Assembly (NCBI GenBank): GCA_964035575.1
Contig: OZ037841.1
Coordinates: 496,001 to 560,000, forward strand
DNA length: 64,000 nucleotides
Direction of reading: 5' to 3'
Source of the DNA: Rhynchopus sp. YZ270_cl-10
Lineage: Eukaryota
Part shown: positions 34,641 to 47,575 of the stretch, piece by piece
Layout of the letters: each line of letters begins with the position of its first letter
Numbering within the stretch: position 1 is the first letter of the stretch
Translations under genes and position numbers: made by a program
The notes under the pieces: generated by a model
Databases searched by the model: none
What the model saw: only the letters and a program-made list of their open reading frames with translations
What the model was told of the DNA's origin: nothing

Positions 34641-37600
34641 TCACTGCGGCACTGTTTTCTTCTTCTTCCCCTTCTTTTTAGTTCCTGTTACACGAGATTG
34701 GGGTGCGGTGGGACTTGCTTCTGGCTCTGGGGCTGGCTCGGGGGCAGCATCGTCGCCATTTTGTGGTGAAAGCACCGTCTGCGGATCACCAGCAAGCGCT
34801 GAGGTCAGGTCATCTGCCCTCAAACTTCCGTACTGCTGCAGCAGTCTGTCCACATCGACATCACCATCGTTCGTGGGCGACGCCACACTACTGCCACCAC
34901 CTCCACTCTCCACGACACTGTCCAACACCACAGGCTCATACCCTCCTTCATCTCCCCCTTCTGAGACGCTCAAAGGCATTGCAGACATAAAGTCCCCCAG
35001 AGGGACCAGCGGCGCTGCTTCGACTGCAGAGCTGCCTCGTTTCCGCGGCTTTTTGCGTTTCCTCTCCTTTGTCTCTGGGGAGGAGGGGTCGGTCGCTGCG
35101 GAGAGGATTGGGGTGCTGGTCTGGCCGTCGTCGGTGAAGGTGCGGGGTGAGGTGCCGGAGATGAGCGTGCTGCCTGGGGAGAGGGGTGGGTGTTTGTCCT
35201 CGCGGAGAGTGCTGCGCTTCTTTTTCTTCTTTTTGGAGACAACGTCGCGTCCGGAGGAGCCGTTGTCGACGCTGGTGTCGTCCTCCATTTGTGGCAGACA
35301 CATATTTGCCGCGGAGGAGGAGTAGGCCTCACCTACGTCGGGGTTGAAGGTGCTGCGTTCCCACATGTTGAGTTCGTTCTCTTCAGCGCAGAGCGGTTGG
35401 GTGGTGGGTGTGGCAGTGTTCTTCTTCTTCCCACGCCCGCGTTTCTTCTTGCTTGCGACGGTGGTAGTGGTGGCGCGTTCGACTGCGTCGCCCTCAGGGA
35501 GGGTTACCACGCGGAGGTCGGCCCGCCCCCCGCCTTTGACGTGGAGCATCTTCTGGCGGTTCCACAGTACGTCGATCATAGCTTGTTCGCTGAAGTCGTG
35601 CAAATCGCGTTGGGTGTGGTCGGGGCGTTCAATGGTATCATTGTGGTCTTCTGTTGTGCTGACCTGGGGGACCTTCTTTTTGTCTGAAAGGGGGTTGAAA
35701 GGTTGTGATGTGATTTATTTAGTAGTTTTCAATCATCTGTTGGGTTCTATACACAAAAGTCGCCCGAAGGCGAATGGATTTCAAATAGATTGTTTGTCAA
35801 TTTGGGATGTGGACAATACCTTTGTCTGGGGGTGGTATCTGGAGCTCGCATCCATGGTATAGCGGAGCAACGAGAATATCCTGTGGAAGGTGGGTTAGAA
35901 GCAAATAACCAGTGTTTTTTCTGGAGGGGGTGCGGGGGTGCGCGCGCACCCCCGTCAGACTTTTTTGAGATTTCAAGGGGGTGCACGCACCCGCTAGGGG
36001 GTGCACTAGGGGGTGCACTAGGGGGTGCGCTAGGGGGACCCATCTCTACCACTCTGCCCCCCCTTCACCTTCCCCATCATGCTCTCGCGAGCCTCACCAG
36101 GAAGTAAGGAGTCGGCGTTTCCATAGCTGCAAACATAACTGTTTTGCGTCCCAGGTGCTGTAAGTGTAGCTCTTCTCTGTTTGGCAGTAAAAATGCGCAA
36201 TTTTAAGTGCAATTTTTTGAAACGTTGCGTACCGTGGCTTCGCCAGAAACTTTCATTTTAGATAATTACCAACGAAAGTGCCATTTTATGTCATCATTTC
36301 TTAGAAATGTTGCGTACCGTGGCTTCGCCAGGAACCTTTGGGTGCCATGACCGCCTTTTCTTTTGCAAATGTCCTGAGGTTACTGCTACTTCGTGCACCG
36401 CGTGTGTCTAGTGCAAATATCAATGAAGTGCCGAACTCCGCAGTTGGATAACTGAGGAATTCCCATATTCCGCCGGAGGCCCCCAACTTGAGCTGGGTTG
36501 GGGACCCGGGTTCGACCGAGTTTTGACCGAGTTTCAGCGAAAACCCCCAAAACCTTTTTAATCATCTGTTGCATGGTCAACCGCGGAAAAAAAAATGTAC
36601 GCACTTTTTTGCCCTGTGCACCCCCGTCAGCCAAAAACTCCAAATCCTAGAAAAAACACTGAAATAACTGAAGAAAAAAAAAACACACAAAAAAGCCAAA
36701 AACTGGACTAGGGAAGGGAGGAGGGGGTAGGATGGGGGCTGCAACAATACCTCTTGCTCTGCCTCGTCGATTTCCTCTAGGGCTTGCAGGATGTGTGAAG
36801 AGACTTGCAGACACTTCTCGCGGAGCTGTTGTGTGAAGGTACGCATTTTAGAATCAACATCTTTTTAAACTCCGACTGACCGACGTACGATGCCAGCCAT
36901 CCGGATGAAAGCACAAGTACCCCGCGGACAACAACAACAAAAAAAAAAAGCTTATCAGATGAACCTAGCCTCTCTCTGTACTTAGCCACCTTGATCACAT
37001 TGCACAGCAGCTATGTGGAATTGCAAGGGTGTTGTCTGGGATATTGTAAACATTCGACTCAAATCCCAAAAATGCCAAAAAAATGAATCGTTGCCTTTTC
37101 ATCCTCACATACCTTAGCATTTGGACTCAACGCAACAACCGCTGTCAATGGCAACACCCGCAGCGCTAACGCATTGTACGGGATAATCGCTTCCGCCATC
37201 ACCACTGCGTTCAGCGCATGATGGCACAGCTCGTTGTCACCACTGAGCAGTGCGCTGGACAACGCCTCCAACAGCCCACCAGGCGCACCTTCTGATATAC
37301 ACGAATCAAGCGAAACCAACTGCACAAACCCGAGCAACGCTGTGGACCGTATTTTGGTCGGAATTTTCGCACCTTGCGTATACTGCAATAACAATGGAAC
37401 AACTTCTACGTTAATAAACCCTGCTACCCTGCCCACCAGCGCCGAATCGCCTCGAGAAAAAAGCTCCTTTGACGCAACGATAACTGCGTGCAGCGCCCAA
37501 TAGACGTCTTCCTGGGTCTGACATCGTCTTGCCGCTTGCACTGCAATAGGCAACACTGTGTCCATCACATCTGCCTCTGACATAATGGGTGCAATGCTCT

Positions 37601-38780
37601 CCACCACCCTTTGCATCGGTACCCTTAGCTCTGCCTCTCCAAAGGCGGCGATGAGGTATGCGGTAAGCGTATCCCGCTCTGCTCGCTCCAGGCACGACCC
37701 TGTTGCAGAACCGGTTCCGATTAGCGTTGAGATTACTACAGAGACGCCCGAAGCTTGCCGCCAAAAATCATGAGAAAGAAATGCGGGTAGGATAACGTCC
37801 ACAAAAACGCCGTACGGGATATGCGCTAAATATTCATGAAAAAGGGAAAAGAAGGAGTGAGACCCTCCGGTGTCAACTCCGTTACAGATTTTGAGGAGAG
37901 CGCAGGATCGAAATGGGGTGCAGTGTAGAAGACGCGCGAGGGAGGGACGCTCTGGGGGGAGCACTGCATGATGTTCCATAAGAATCTGCGAGCCTTGCCG
38001 AGCATTCGCATCCATTGACCCACGTTGTTTCACCATCCCACTCGAGGCACTTTCCGCCCACACAACCAATTCCTGAAGACTCTCTTCACACCCATCACTC
38101 CCTAACAATACACTATTTAATATCACCGCGGTACTATACGAATCCCTCGCCCACACCGACGCGCCCCTATATGTTACCGTTATCGCTGATTCCTCTTCAG
38201 GATGCAAATGGCTACGATACGCTCGGATTAATGGCAAAGCTTTATCCAACCCTTCGTTCATTGCAAGGCAAAATTCTAAGTCGCCAATTACAACGCAACG
38301 TCGTCCCGAGGCTGTTACATAAAGGCCTGCAAGAGTAAGGGAGTTGTGTGATAAATCCAATCCTTCGTGAAGAAGGAGAAGCCCTTCTGCAATGTCGTGG
38401 AGGACAAGGAGAAGCTCTGTCGCGCAGTAGGTGTGAAGCAGGTCGCGGAGAGGGTAGATCTTCTCAAATACGGCGAAAATGCATTGGTTTGGCTCATCAA
38501 TGAAGGAGCTGAGTAGGGTCATGTGGTTTCGGTGCTTTTTTATTGCAGGGTTTTGCCAGAGGTGGAGTGCAGAGCGGGCACCCTTCCATGCAGACCACAT
38601 TCCAGCCGCCTGCGGCTTCGCGCTGTCCACAGCGTACACCAATACCGTCACATCCCTGCCATCCAAGACAGCAGAATGCTTCCGCCACACCGAAGTGACC
38701 CTTCCACCGCCATCCTCCTCCCAAGGGGTCAAAGAGGAGCCGAACCTCGCCTTCAACTCCTTCTCAATCTTTTTTACCAT
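34641..38780 (-). CDS. SCY1-like (SCYL) pseudokinase with HEAT repeats and disordered tail; exons 38780-37113, 36825-36751, 35880-35820, 35683-34641
   Basis: Degenerate kinase domain ('VFEKIYPL', 'IAEGLLLLHEGLDLSHNSLT...YVT', 'IGDLEF', 'RDSYS', 'PPERPS') followed by helical repeats. Three GT-AG introns join the ORFs in frame. Confidence 0.8.
35910..36661. mobile_element. Non-autonomous TIR element with a 7-bp TSD, in intron 2 of the SCY1-like gene
   Basis: TIR CAGTGTTTTTTCT / AGAAAAAACACTG; AAATAAC duplicated at 35903-35909 and 36662-36668; subterminal GGGGGTGC repeats. Confidence 0.88.
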
Positions 38781-39162
38781 TATGTCAACTGATCATAGGA
38801 ATCAGGTGTGTCCTGTAGAAAGGGGTGGGGTGGAAAACGAAGGAAATGGGGGGGAACGTGCTTCTGGGTGAGTATGGTGCAATGCGGGGAAGGAGGGGAG
38901 GGGGAGGCAACCCTTTTTTGTAAACAAATGTGTGTGTGTGTGTGTGTGTTTGAAAGCTAAAAGTGGGCAGTTCCTAAGAGCGTAGCGCCGCCCATATGTG
39001 TGTGTGTGTACAAAGCCCTCCCCCCTCTACCCTTTGCGACTATGCGTCCTTTTTTTTGATTTTGAGAGTACCAAAAAAATAAACACCTTTACAGCTGTCT
39101 TAACAGGCACACACAACCGGTTCTCCGCGTTTTTGGCTATCAAATTCATGGAGGCAAAGAAA

Positions 39163-39230
39163 GAAAAGTTTATAAGATGAACCTAAGCCTCTTGTGCTTA
39201 GTCACCTTTGATCACATTCGTTATCGGAGC
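39163..39230. repeat. Representative copy of dispersed hairpin repeat R1 (AAAAGTTTATAAGATGAACCTAAGCCTCT..GTGCTTAGTCACCTTGATCACATTCG)
   Basis: Other copies near 9247, 11221, 14055, 20910, 21485, 22175, 36950, 39841, 40530, 41910, 44100, 45960, 48965, 62800 and 63210, all in the same orientation. Confidence 0.9.
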
Positions 39231-40966
39231 AACAGCTGCAAAGAAAAGTTGAATGATGAATATACCACCCGTGCACATCATTAAAAAAATACTTTTTTTT
39301 GGGGGGAAAAGATGAAACCTCAAGGGGCTTTGACATCTCTTTTCGGGTTTTTTAAAAAACTTTTTTTAAAACTACTTTTTTTCAGGAAATACAACAAACA
39401 AAACAAAACAAAAAAAAACGCGCCAATGAGAAAGAAACAGCCGCTTGAAAAGAAAAATACTGTACAGTCTTCTGTCTCATAGAGATAAACCAGTATCGCG
39501 TTGTTTTTCTCGTCAATAATTCGACGAGGAACTGTACTAAAAAAAACACTAAGCTGCTTTGCGGAATAAGGCGGCAAAGGACTTGAGGGAGGGGAAGGAA
39601 CTGAAAGGGAAATTTGTTTTCTCGCAAAAAAAATAAATAAATAAATAAATAAAGTTGATAGCGCAAACGCCTCTGGGACGCACGGAATCTTGCTGTTTTG
39701 AAAGCCCAAAAAAGGCTTGATGTAACCAATAATGATGGAGGTATGTATATTTTTTTTGTTTCTAGTGTTGATTTTCATTGACAAAAAAAAAACACATCCT
39801 TTTTTTTGTCAATGAAAGACAACGTTGCTGCATAAAAATGAAAAGTTCATAAGATGAACCTAAGCCTCTCGTGCTTGGTCACCTTTTAAAAAATGAGAGT
39901 GGAAGAAGATAACAGTTTGTAAGTCGCGAGCAGAGGTGCACGAAGTGGTGGAATTTAGGGGGGTTTAAACACCACTAAACACCTCCAAACACCCACCAAA
40001 TTTCAGGCAAAAATGAGGTGGTGCGTCATCTAAAAGGAGGGGGGAAAATGGTGCAGAAAACAAATTCATACACTTTCAAATAAAAATTTGAAAGCAGAAA
40101 TGCAGAAAATAAAACCAGGATGCTTTACGGAACGGCTTCCCTCAACGCCCCCTGGACGGGTTTGGTTGAGATTTGAGACTAAAAAAAGGGACAACTTTTT
40201 AAAAGACGAATACACCTCTCGTACACGACGATAAAATAAATGACTTGGCTTGTGGTTTTATTTGGGTCTTCACCGTTCACTTATAATGGTGAAGACACAA
40301 AGTAAACCACAAATCAAGTCATTTACTTCACCGTCGTGTACTCAGTCATCGTATTGTGGACTAAAAAGAAAACAAAATGGTAGCCACCTTTTAACAAGGG
40401 GGGAAAACTCTGGCCTGTTCCGTATTATTTTTTCGCAACGTTTTTCCTATTTGAGACCTCAGAAAATGTAAGAAAACATAACGTAACGTTGTGGGGGGAA
40501 AGAGAGAAACATTACAATCATGAAGAGGTCGTATGATCCTAGCCTCTGTGTGCGTAGTCTGATTAGGTTATTATTTGGTTTATTCATTAGTCATTTGTTT
40601 GTTTGTTTTTTGTGTGTTATTGCTACTCGTGTGTGGCAATTTGTTTTAAGTAAGGCTTGGGGCTAGCCTCTCTGTGTTTAGTCATCTCTTAAACAAAATG
40701 TCTGTGAGCGTACAATAAGGAATTTGTATATGCGTGCGAAAGGTCACACACACACACACAACCGCTATCGTTTGTGATAGCCATTTTTTTAACGCAAACC
40801 AGAGGCAACTGTAGCGAGGGGGGGTTATCTCAGTAGAAGCAGTATACAGTAACAAACTAAAACTGTGGTGGGGAGGTGAAATAGTAACGAAAAAAAATGG
40901 CTTTTTTTTTTTCGTTGATTGCTCAATTACGAGGAACTATTTCTCCTTTAAGCTACGCGCTTTTAA

Positions 40967-41087
40967 TAGGCTGATTGACGCTGAGTCTCTGCTTAGGTGG
41001 TGATCCATGGTGGTCGGTGGTGATCGGTTTAAATCAGTGGTAAAAAGTGAAAAAATGGGGCATGCCAGGCCCACGTCAATCAGCCTA
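40967..41087. mobile_element. Small TTAA-flanked MITE
   Basis: TIR TAGGCTGATTGACG / CGTCAATCAGCCTA, with TTAA on both sides. Confidence 0.75.
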
Positions 41088-41591
41088 TTAAAAAAATAAA
41101 TAAAACGAATTTCTGGTGGAAAGGCGGGGGAAAAGGGAGCGGGGAATACATGAGAATGAATTTAACTTTTGGTGGATTCTTGTGGAGCCTTTTTTTTGGA
41201 GTATCGACAATCACCTATCCGAGGACGGCTTCTGATACATTTTTTTGCTTGAAATACAAAGCTCTCGAGAACAGTGAACCTTTTGGTGCGTGACCGGGGT
41301 GGATCTCCACCATGCAGCCTTACATCCATTTTATGGTTTACATCTGACGAGAAATCTTTGAAAGGTAAAAGGCTCTCTTCGTTACGCACATCCTTTTATC
41401 ACAATGAAAGAGAAAAGGGTGGAAAGACGAGCCTCTACTTCTGTGTTTTCGTCAGCTACAAAAAAAAGGGGCGGGGGATGGATACTGAGGGGTGAAAGTT
41501 TGACAAAAATAAAATGTACAGAATGCCAGAGACCTGCCCATAATTTGCCAAAGGGCAGTTGGATATACAGAACAAACAAAAGAAAAAAAAA

Positions 41592-41630
41592 ACTTGAAAG
41601 ATGAATGTGCATCTTGTGCACACATCTTAA
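41592..41630. repeat. Representative copy of dispersed hairpin repeat R3 (AACTTGAAAGATGAATGTGC..CTC.TGTGCACACATCTT)
   Basis: Other copies near 1735, 7459, 11167, 14240, 24650, 39247, 44008, 48373, 59167 and 62518; same orientation. Confidence 0.8.
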
Positions 41631-42299
41631 ATAAATTTGAGAAGATGGCACAACGTTGCCTCTAATTCAGAGAGGGAGGGAGACAAAATAGAGAAAATAT
41701 ACATTCATATACTTACTATTTATAACACAAACAGTAAGCACTAAAGGGTGTAACACGTACATCCTAAAAAATAGAGAAGAGAAAAACGGCAGATTCAACC
41801 ACCAAAAAGAGAAGGTGATAGTGCAAAACGCCTTGGGGACGCAAACACTACAAAAAAAAGGGGGGAGGACGCGAAAAGGTTGACACACCTTTCGTCACAC
41901 ACAACTTAATGAGATGAACCTAAGCCTTTCGTACTTGGTCACCCTCTACTAAAAATACGGGAAAAAAAATCAAACACTCCCAAAGCATGCACCCTGGGTT
42001 CTGCATTGGATGTCACCTTTTGAAAAGGCTAGTAAAGTATACAAAAAAAACCTTCCTTTTTAATGAAAAAAACTTAGAAATATCACGGTGGTCGCGATAT
42101 GTGCCCACTCCACTTGATATAATTTTTTTCCCGTACCAACGATCTCATCAATTTATTTTTTGATAGATCTGTCTCCACCTTTTTGGATGACATCCCCCCC
42201 TTCGCAACCTAGATTGCGGAAAGCTTTAAAAACACCGGGTTTCACTTAACCCACTTCAATAAACTGCATTACATTCAAAACACAAAACCCTCCCCTCCC

Positions 42300-43496
42300 T
42301 CAGTTATACCAATTATGTCCTGGGGATACTGGCGGGGTGAGTACACGAAGTTGCTGCAGACCTGCGTTTCCTCCGTTCACACCCCATGCATTCACGAGTT
42401 TCCGGTCGCCTTCGCTGTGTCCTACCTGCACAACCCCACTGACTGGTGTGAGTGGCGCCGATCCGCTTGAATTCGATGTAGTTGCGAGTCGTGCGTTCTT
42501 CCATTCCGCGCGCGCATGGCTTTGCCTCTCTGTGATGCTTTGGGGTCTCACCTCTTCGGTGTGCGGGGACAGTCCGGACACTGCGTTGACAAATTTCAAA
42601 CACCAATCTGGGTCTACAAATTCAAGATCATATGAGCTATGCCTCAACCTCACACAGACACACAACCCTGGGTCTGCAACGGAACTGTCAAACGCACGGC
42701 TCTCCATTGCACCGATTGACACAGAAACGACGTCCGCGCAACTGAAGGACTCCCACTCCCGCGCCGTCACATCTCTGACATGCACTGCACCGGCTCCATT
42801 CAACGCCGACAATTTAATTTCCGACAACGCCACCGAGCATCTCGCACGCCCCGGATGGGTATCCACTGTGAACCTCCGCACCTCCGCACTCTTCGCCAGG
42901 CTAGGGCTCAACTCCCCACCCCTCCCTGGAGACGCATGCTGCAATGCCTGCGGTGCTGGAACCGCGGACGCTACCCTCTCTGCCTGGATCTGCTCCTTGA
43001 TCCTCTGCGCTGCAGCGAAGTCCTCTCTTGCCACCGCCTCTGCCTTTTGCTGCTCCAAATCCAACACCCTGCTCTGCGGGGGCGACAACTGCTGCACATT
43101 CCCCTGCACACCCTGCAACAACACCGGCGACACCTCCCCAAACGAATAATCCACCACCCTCGCTGCCTCAAAATCATTCACCGGAGAGGAATACGCATGG
43201 TGATGCTGCTGCACACGAGGTACCGATACATTGTGCGGCGAAGAATTCTGATACCTCGGTGAAGACAAAGGGGACAACGGAGGACTCTTAAACGAAGGAA
43301 ACGCAGACGCGCTTGACGAATACCCAATCGGCGATTTTGTATGCATCTTCGTAGGCGTCCCTGGGTACCCCGGCTGCCTCGCGCTGCGGTACGAAGCACC
43401 CAAAGGCGAAGTAACGTAGGGCCTCTCTCTCAACGGCGACGTCGAAGGCGGTGCCTTCACTGCAACCCGATCGCGATGAGGGGAAGAAGGGTACAT
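42300..43496 (-). CDS. Hypothetical protein: Ser/Pro-rich N-terminus, UVR (UvrB/C) coiled-coil motif, PH-like domain
   Basis: 398-aa ORF. 'LEQQKAEAVAREDFAAAQRIKEQI' matches the UVR pattern; 'FSCADVVSVSIG...CVCVRLRHSSYDLEF...WCLKFVNAV' is PH-like. Confidence 0.75.
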   Translation of the reverse strand: MYPSSPHRDRVAVKAPPSTSPLRERPYVTSPLGASYRSARQPGYPGTPTKMHTKSPIGYSSSASAFPSFKSPPLSPLSSPRYQNSSPHNVSVPRVQQHHHAYSSPVNDFEAARVVDYSFGEVSPVLLQGVQGNVQQLSPPQSRVLDLEQQKAEAVAREDFAAAQRIKEQIQAERVASAVPAPQALQHASPGRGGELSPSLAKSAEVRRFTVDTHPGRARCSVALSEIKLSALNGAGAVHVRDVTAREWESFSCADVVSVSIGAMESRAFDSSVADPGLCVCVRLRHSSYDLEFVDPDWCLKFVNAVSGLSPHTEEVRPQSITERQSHARAEWKNARLATTSNSSGSAPLTPVSGVVQVGHSEGDRKLVNAWGVNGGNAGLQQLRVLTPPVSPGHNWYN

Positions 43497-44223
43497 TATG
43501 CTCGGAGGGGGTACCTGAGGTGGTACTACAAAAATCTCTTTTGATGCCGTTACTAAATAAAGTAGATACGAAAAATAAAGGTGTAAAGAATGCTTGGTTC
43601 TGTATAGAGGTGGTGGAGAGAGAGAGAGAGAGAGAAGAGAATTTAAAAAAATATGAGACTTTTGTTTCTGTTCAGACTTTTTGATGAATAAAAAAAAAAC
43701 ATTTTATATTGATCACTCAAAGTGGTACCTTTTTTTTTCCACTGTAACCTACCGACTTTTTTTAAAAGGTGGGGGGTATTTCAGGAGGGGGTTTTTGTGA
43801 TAAGACAACAGTCATTTTTTAAATTTTCTGCAGAAATTCGCATAAAAATCTGTAGAAAAGGCAATGTCTACCGCTTGTAGATAAGGGGTGTATGTTTGCG
43901 CACAGATGGGGGGGGAACTGAGGGGGGTAGGTCGCAATACACTATTCCTAACAAGCGTTCTGCAGTCTTGGAACAAAGGAAGGGAGGAGAGGAAGAAAAT
44001 AGAACACCTGAAAGATAAACGTGCCTGTGCACTCAAAAATCACTTTGAAAAAAGATACACTCTGAAAAAAACAAAAAAATCATAATAAAAGAGAAAGAAG
44101 AAAAATTTATAAGATAACCCTAAGCCTCTCTGTGTGATATGGCTTACCCAATGAAAGTTGACCAAAGGAAAGAATTGATCCTGCGTCTCGAGAAAAAAAA
44201 AAAAAAATCAAAATTGAAAAAAA

Positions 44224-45077
44224 CACGTATGGCAAATGATAATTTATTATGAGATCTCATAATAAATTATGAGATCATTATGCGCTATTATGCGCGCTCA
44301 TAATAATCGCATAATGCATAATAGCGCATAATAGCGCATAATAGCACATAATAGCGCATAATGATTATGCGCTATTATGTGCTCATTATGTGCTCATTAT
44401 GTGCCCTACCCCAATGCCCCAAACCAGAAAATACCACCCTCAGATGTCCAAAAATCCATCTGCGCCCGGTTTTGAGCAGTTTTGAGCCTCAAGAAGCCCC
44501 GTATCTGCTTTTTTAAAAAATGTACATACAACTTGTACCTGCCCACCCCTCGTAGATAGAGCAACTCACACATTCATCACGCCTCAGTGTGAGCCAGGGG
44601 CCAGAAAAGCCCCCAAAGCCACATATTTTCACCCCAGAACCTATCCCGAGGGGTACCCAGGCGGTTTCGGGGTGTTTAGAGGGACTTGGTGGAACTTAGA
44701 ACCATGTTTCAAAAAGTGTCAAGCACCTGGTACCAAAGGTTTTCCCACCCAAGGTATCTTAAGCCGTCAAAAAACGTGAAGTAGGTAATAAATCAAAGAA
44801 ACCCCCCTGAAGTCAATAAAAACCACACCATAGGCCCATTTGTACCCCAAAATCGAATTCCGCCCGGTTTTGGGCACTTTTGACCACTTCTGAGCGACTT
44901 TTTTTGGGTGGGGGGGTGGGGGGTACGGCACATAATGAGCGCATAACGCCGCATAATTGGCGCATAATAGCGCATAATAGCACATAATAGCGCATAATAG
45001 CACATAATAGCGCATAATATCACATGTATTATGAGATCTCATAATAGCGCATAATATATTATCATTTGCCATACGTG
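44224..45077. mobile_element. Non-autonomous element E with CAC termini (CACTA/Transib-like ends) and ATAATAGCGC subterminal arrays
   Basis: TIR CACGTATGGCAAATGATAAT / ATTATCATTTGCCATACGTG; inserted in an A-tract, so TSD length cannot be resolved. Confidence 0.85.
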
Positions 45078-46718
45078 AAAAAACGAAAAAAAATGACTTG
45101 AAAAACAGCCATCCGGATGGAAGCACAATCTGCGGCCACAACAACAGAAGCTGCAAAAAGGAAAATCTACTCAAACTTTAAGAAAATTTAAAGCCCTCTC
45201 ATGACAGTGTACCTTTGGTACATGACCGGTGCACCGGGGTGGACCCCCCCAACCATGCAGTCCTCCATCCATTTCGAGGTCGACAATCTGAAAAAAAAAA
45301 ACTTTTAGTGAACAGGAGATAATAATACTGGGGGATGGGTTTTACTTGCCGTAAAACCTAAAAAAAAGGGGTGGACCTTTTTTGAATAATCAGAAGGGGA
45401 GAGAAAGAAAAATAAAAACGGAAAACAAGAGGAACATAACATAGTGGGGTGAACTCGGGTCCGGGTGGGGTGGGGGTCTGGATCCAATATTTAACTTTTT
45501 TTTTTTGGGGGGGGGGGGGGCAATTTTTAGCAAATTCCCCATATTTTTCTTTTTCTATCGACAATCGCCTCAGGATCCATCTTGGATGGATAACTGGGCG
45601 ATTGTCGACATTGCGGCAGAGTGTTTTGTTTGTGTGTTTTTTTTTTTTTCCGGAAAGATATTTGGACCTGGGGTGGGGGTGTCTTGGGGTGGTAACAAAG
45701 GGGATGGGCAGACAAAAATACAACAAAAAAACGGAAACGTCCAATACACGCAAGCACATAGCGCCAAAGGGACTGAACGTGAAAGCCATCTCTTGGCAGC
45801 CCGCTTGTGTGTGGTGTTGTTCATTCCCTTTGACACTTTGTTGTTGTCGTTGTCGGCAATCACCTACCGAAGTAGGGTCGGTGTTTCGTTTTGGGTTTTT
45901 GTATTGTGACAAATCACTTTACACCAGTTGGGTCCTCCTTAAGTCGGAACGGTTGGTTAAGCTTATAAGATGGCCCGAAGTCTCTGCTTAGCGTCATCTT
46001 ACCGAAACAAGAAAAGAAGAAAACAAGATCGGATCGATTAAAGGGGGGGGAAAGGAACAATTATGTGGGATAAGTGGAGGCTGTTACCTAATCTGTACAA
46101 AAACTCCGCTATCAAAAAAATCAAATTCATAAAAAACACACACAAAAAAAAAACTTGATAAATGAACGAGTATCATCAACACATTCACAGAAAACCCGTC
46201 ATCTGGGTTTCTGCACTCAATATACACACCCAAAGGCTAGGACACACATACTTACACTTTTTTTATATTTTTTTTCATTTTTGAAATCGACAACGTGTAG
46301 ACACCACCTGTGTGGACTCCACGCAGCTGTTTTTTGTTTTGTTTTGTTTTGTACGAACGGTGTCTCGTGGGACACACACTATTATCATCTAACAGTTTCA
46401 ATAACAACAACACGAGGAATGACTGTGTTTGGAGCAGGTTAGAAGGGTTGCTGCCGGTATGTGTGCGTGTTTTCTTTTTCTTTTTCTTTTTGTTGTTGTT
46501 TGTTTGTCTTTTTCTTTTTGAAAACTCCGGAGTTTTGTTTCCCTCTTTTTTATTGCGTGCTTAATTCAGGACATTTGTGCACTGGATACGTATTGATCTA
46601 ATTCGTTTTATGTTCGGTGTTATTTCCTTTACGAGTGATAGTGCCGTTTGCACACTCGCACTATCACAAAATTCGTTTTTTTTTTCTTTTTTTGTTCTTC
46701 ACTTTCGTGGTACAGTTA

Positions 46719-47259
46719 CTGGGGGGGAGCTATTAAAGTATACGTATACTTTATTCGGCGGGAATTACTGCTTAAATGGCCAAAAAACGAAAAGGGAAAA
46801 AAAAAAAAAAAATCACTGTTATTTTGGGGTTTCTAGTGGCCGAAACCTCGCGAAAACACCACCATTGACATTTTTGGGCCAATCCCAGCCAGTGGTGGGG
46901 TCAATGTGGAAAAATGAACAATTTTTTGGTGACTTAAATTTTCACAAATCTGAACCCCATCAGGCACCAATCGTGTAAAAACTGATACACGCGTTTTAGG
47001 TCAAAAATACTCGTTTCTCAGCGCAAAGTGACCCCATCGCAGCACGCACAGAATCCGGACCACCGAAATCAAAAAAAAAAAAATTCCGATTTTTTGTGCA
47101 AAAAATGCTGAAAAAAATTTTTAGTAAGAAAAATGTACACAAAAACCGTATACTTTATTTCACAGATTGCCACGCTCAAAATGGGTTTCCGCGCCGTATA
47201 CTTTATTACCCCCGTATACTTTATTAGCACCGTATACTTTATTAGCCCCCCCCCCCCAG
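46719..47259. mobile_element. TA-flanked non-autonomous TIR element
   Basis: CTGGGGGGGAGCTATTAAAGTATAC ... GTATACTTTATTAGCCCCCCCCCCCCAG with TA on both sides; subterminal CGTATACTTTATT repeats. Confidence 0.8.
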
Positions 47260-47454
47260 TAGGCCAAAACTAAAAATCATGATGTCCACACATTACTTAT
47301 AATGTGTGGACAATCACTTGACAAGCTGGGTAAAGACCTGCACTCAAATTGTCGGCTTAAAGCCTCTGTACTGAAGAGGAAATGGTTGCAAAAACATAGA
47401 AATCTGAATCTGACTTCAGGATGCATTGTCATCTACAAGAGAGACAAAATAAAA

Positions 47455-47575
47455 AGTTGACTTGAAATACAAAGCCCTCTCATGACAGTGTACCTTTGGT
47501 ACATGATTGGGTGTACCGGGGGGGGGGTGGACACCCAACCATGCAGTCCTCCATCCATTTCGTGGTTTACATCTG
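47455..47575. repeat. Representative copy of dispersed repeat R4 (TTGACTTGAAATACAAAGCCCTCTCATGACAGTGTACCTTTGGTAC...GGGGTGGAC...CCATTTCG.GGTTTACATCTG)
   Basis: Other copies near 14113, 21440, 32430 (intronic), 41245, 45185, and a partial copy at 9385; same orientation. Confidence 0.88.

Noticed and set aside
34641..35603. Independent 320-aa gene
   Set aside because: It starts at a non-ATG codon and joins in frame, through GT-AG introns, to the SCY1-like gene.
41592..41630. Reading the R1-R4 hairpin + TCAA ends as IS200/IS605 or Fanzor right ends
   Set aside because: The resemblance is only a hairpin and a tetranucleotide; no TnpA, TnpB or Fanzor ORF is in the window, so it remains an untested hypothesis and is not called.
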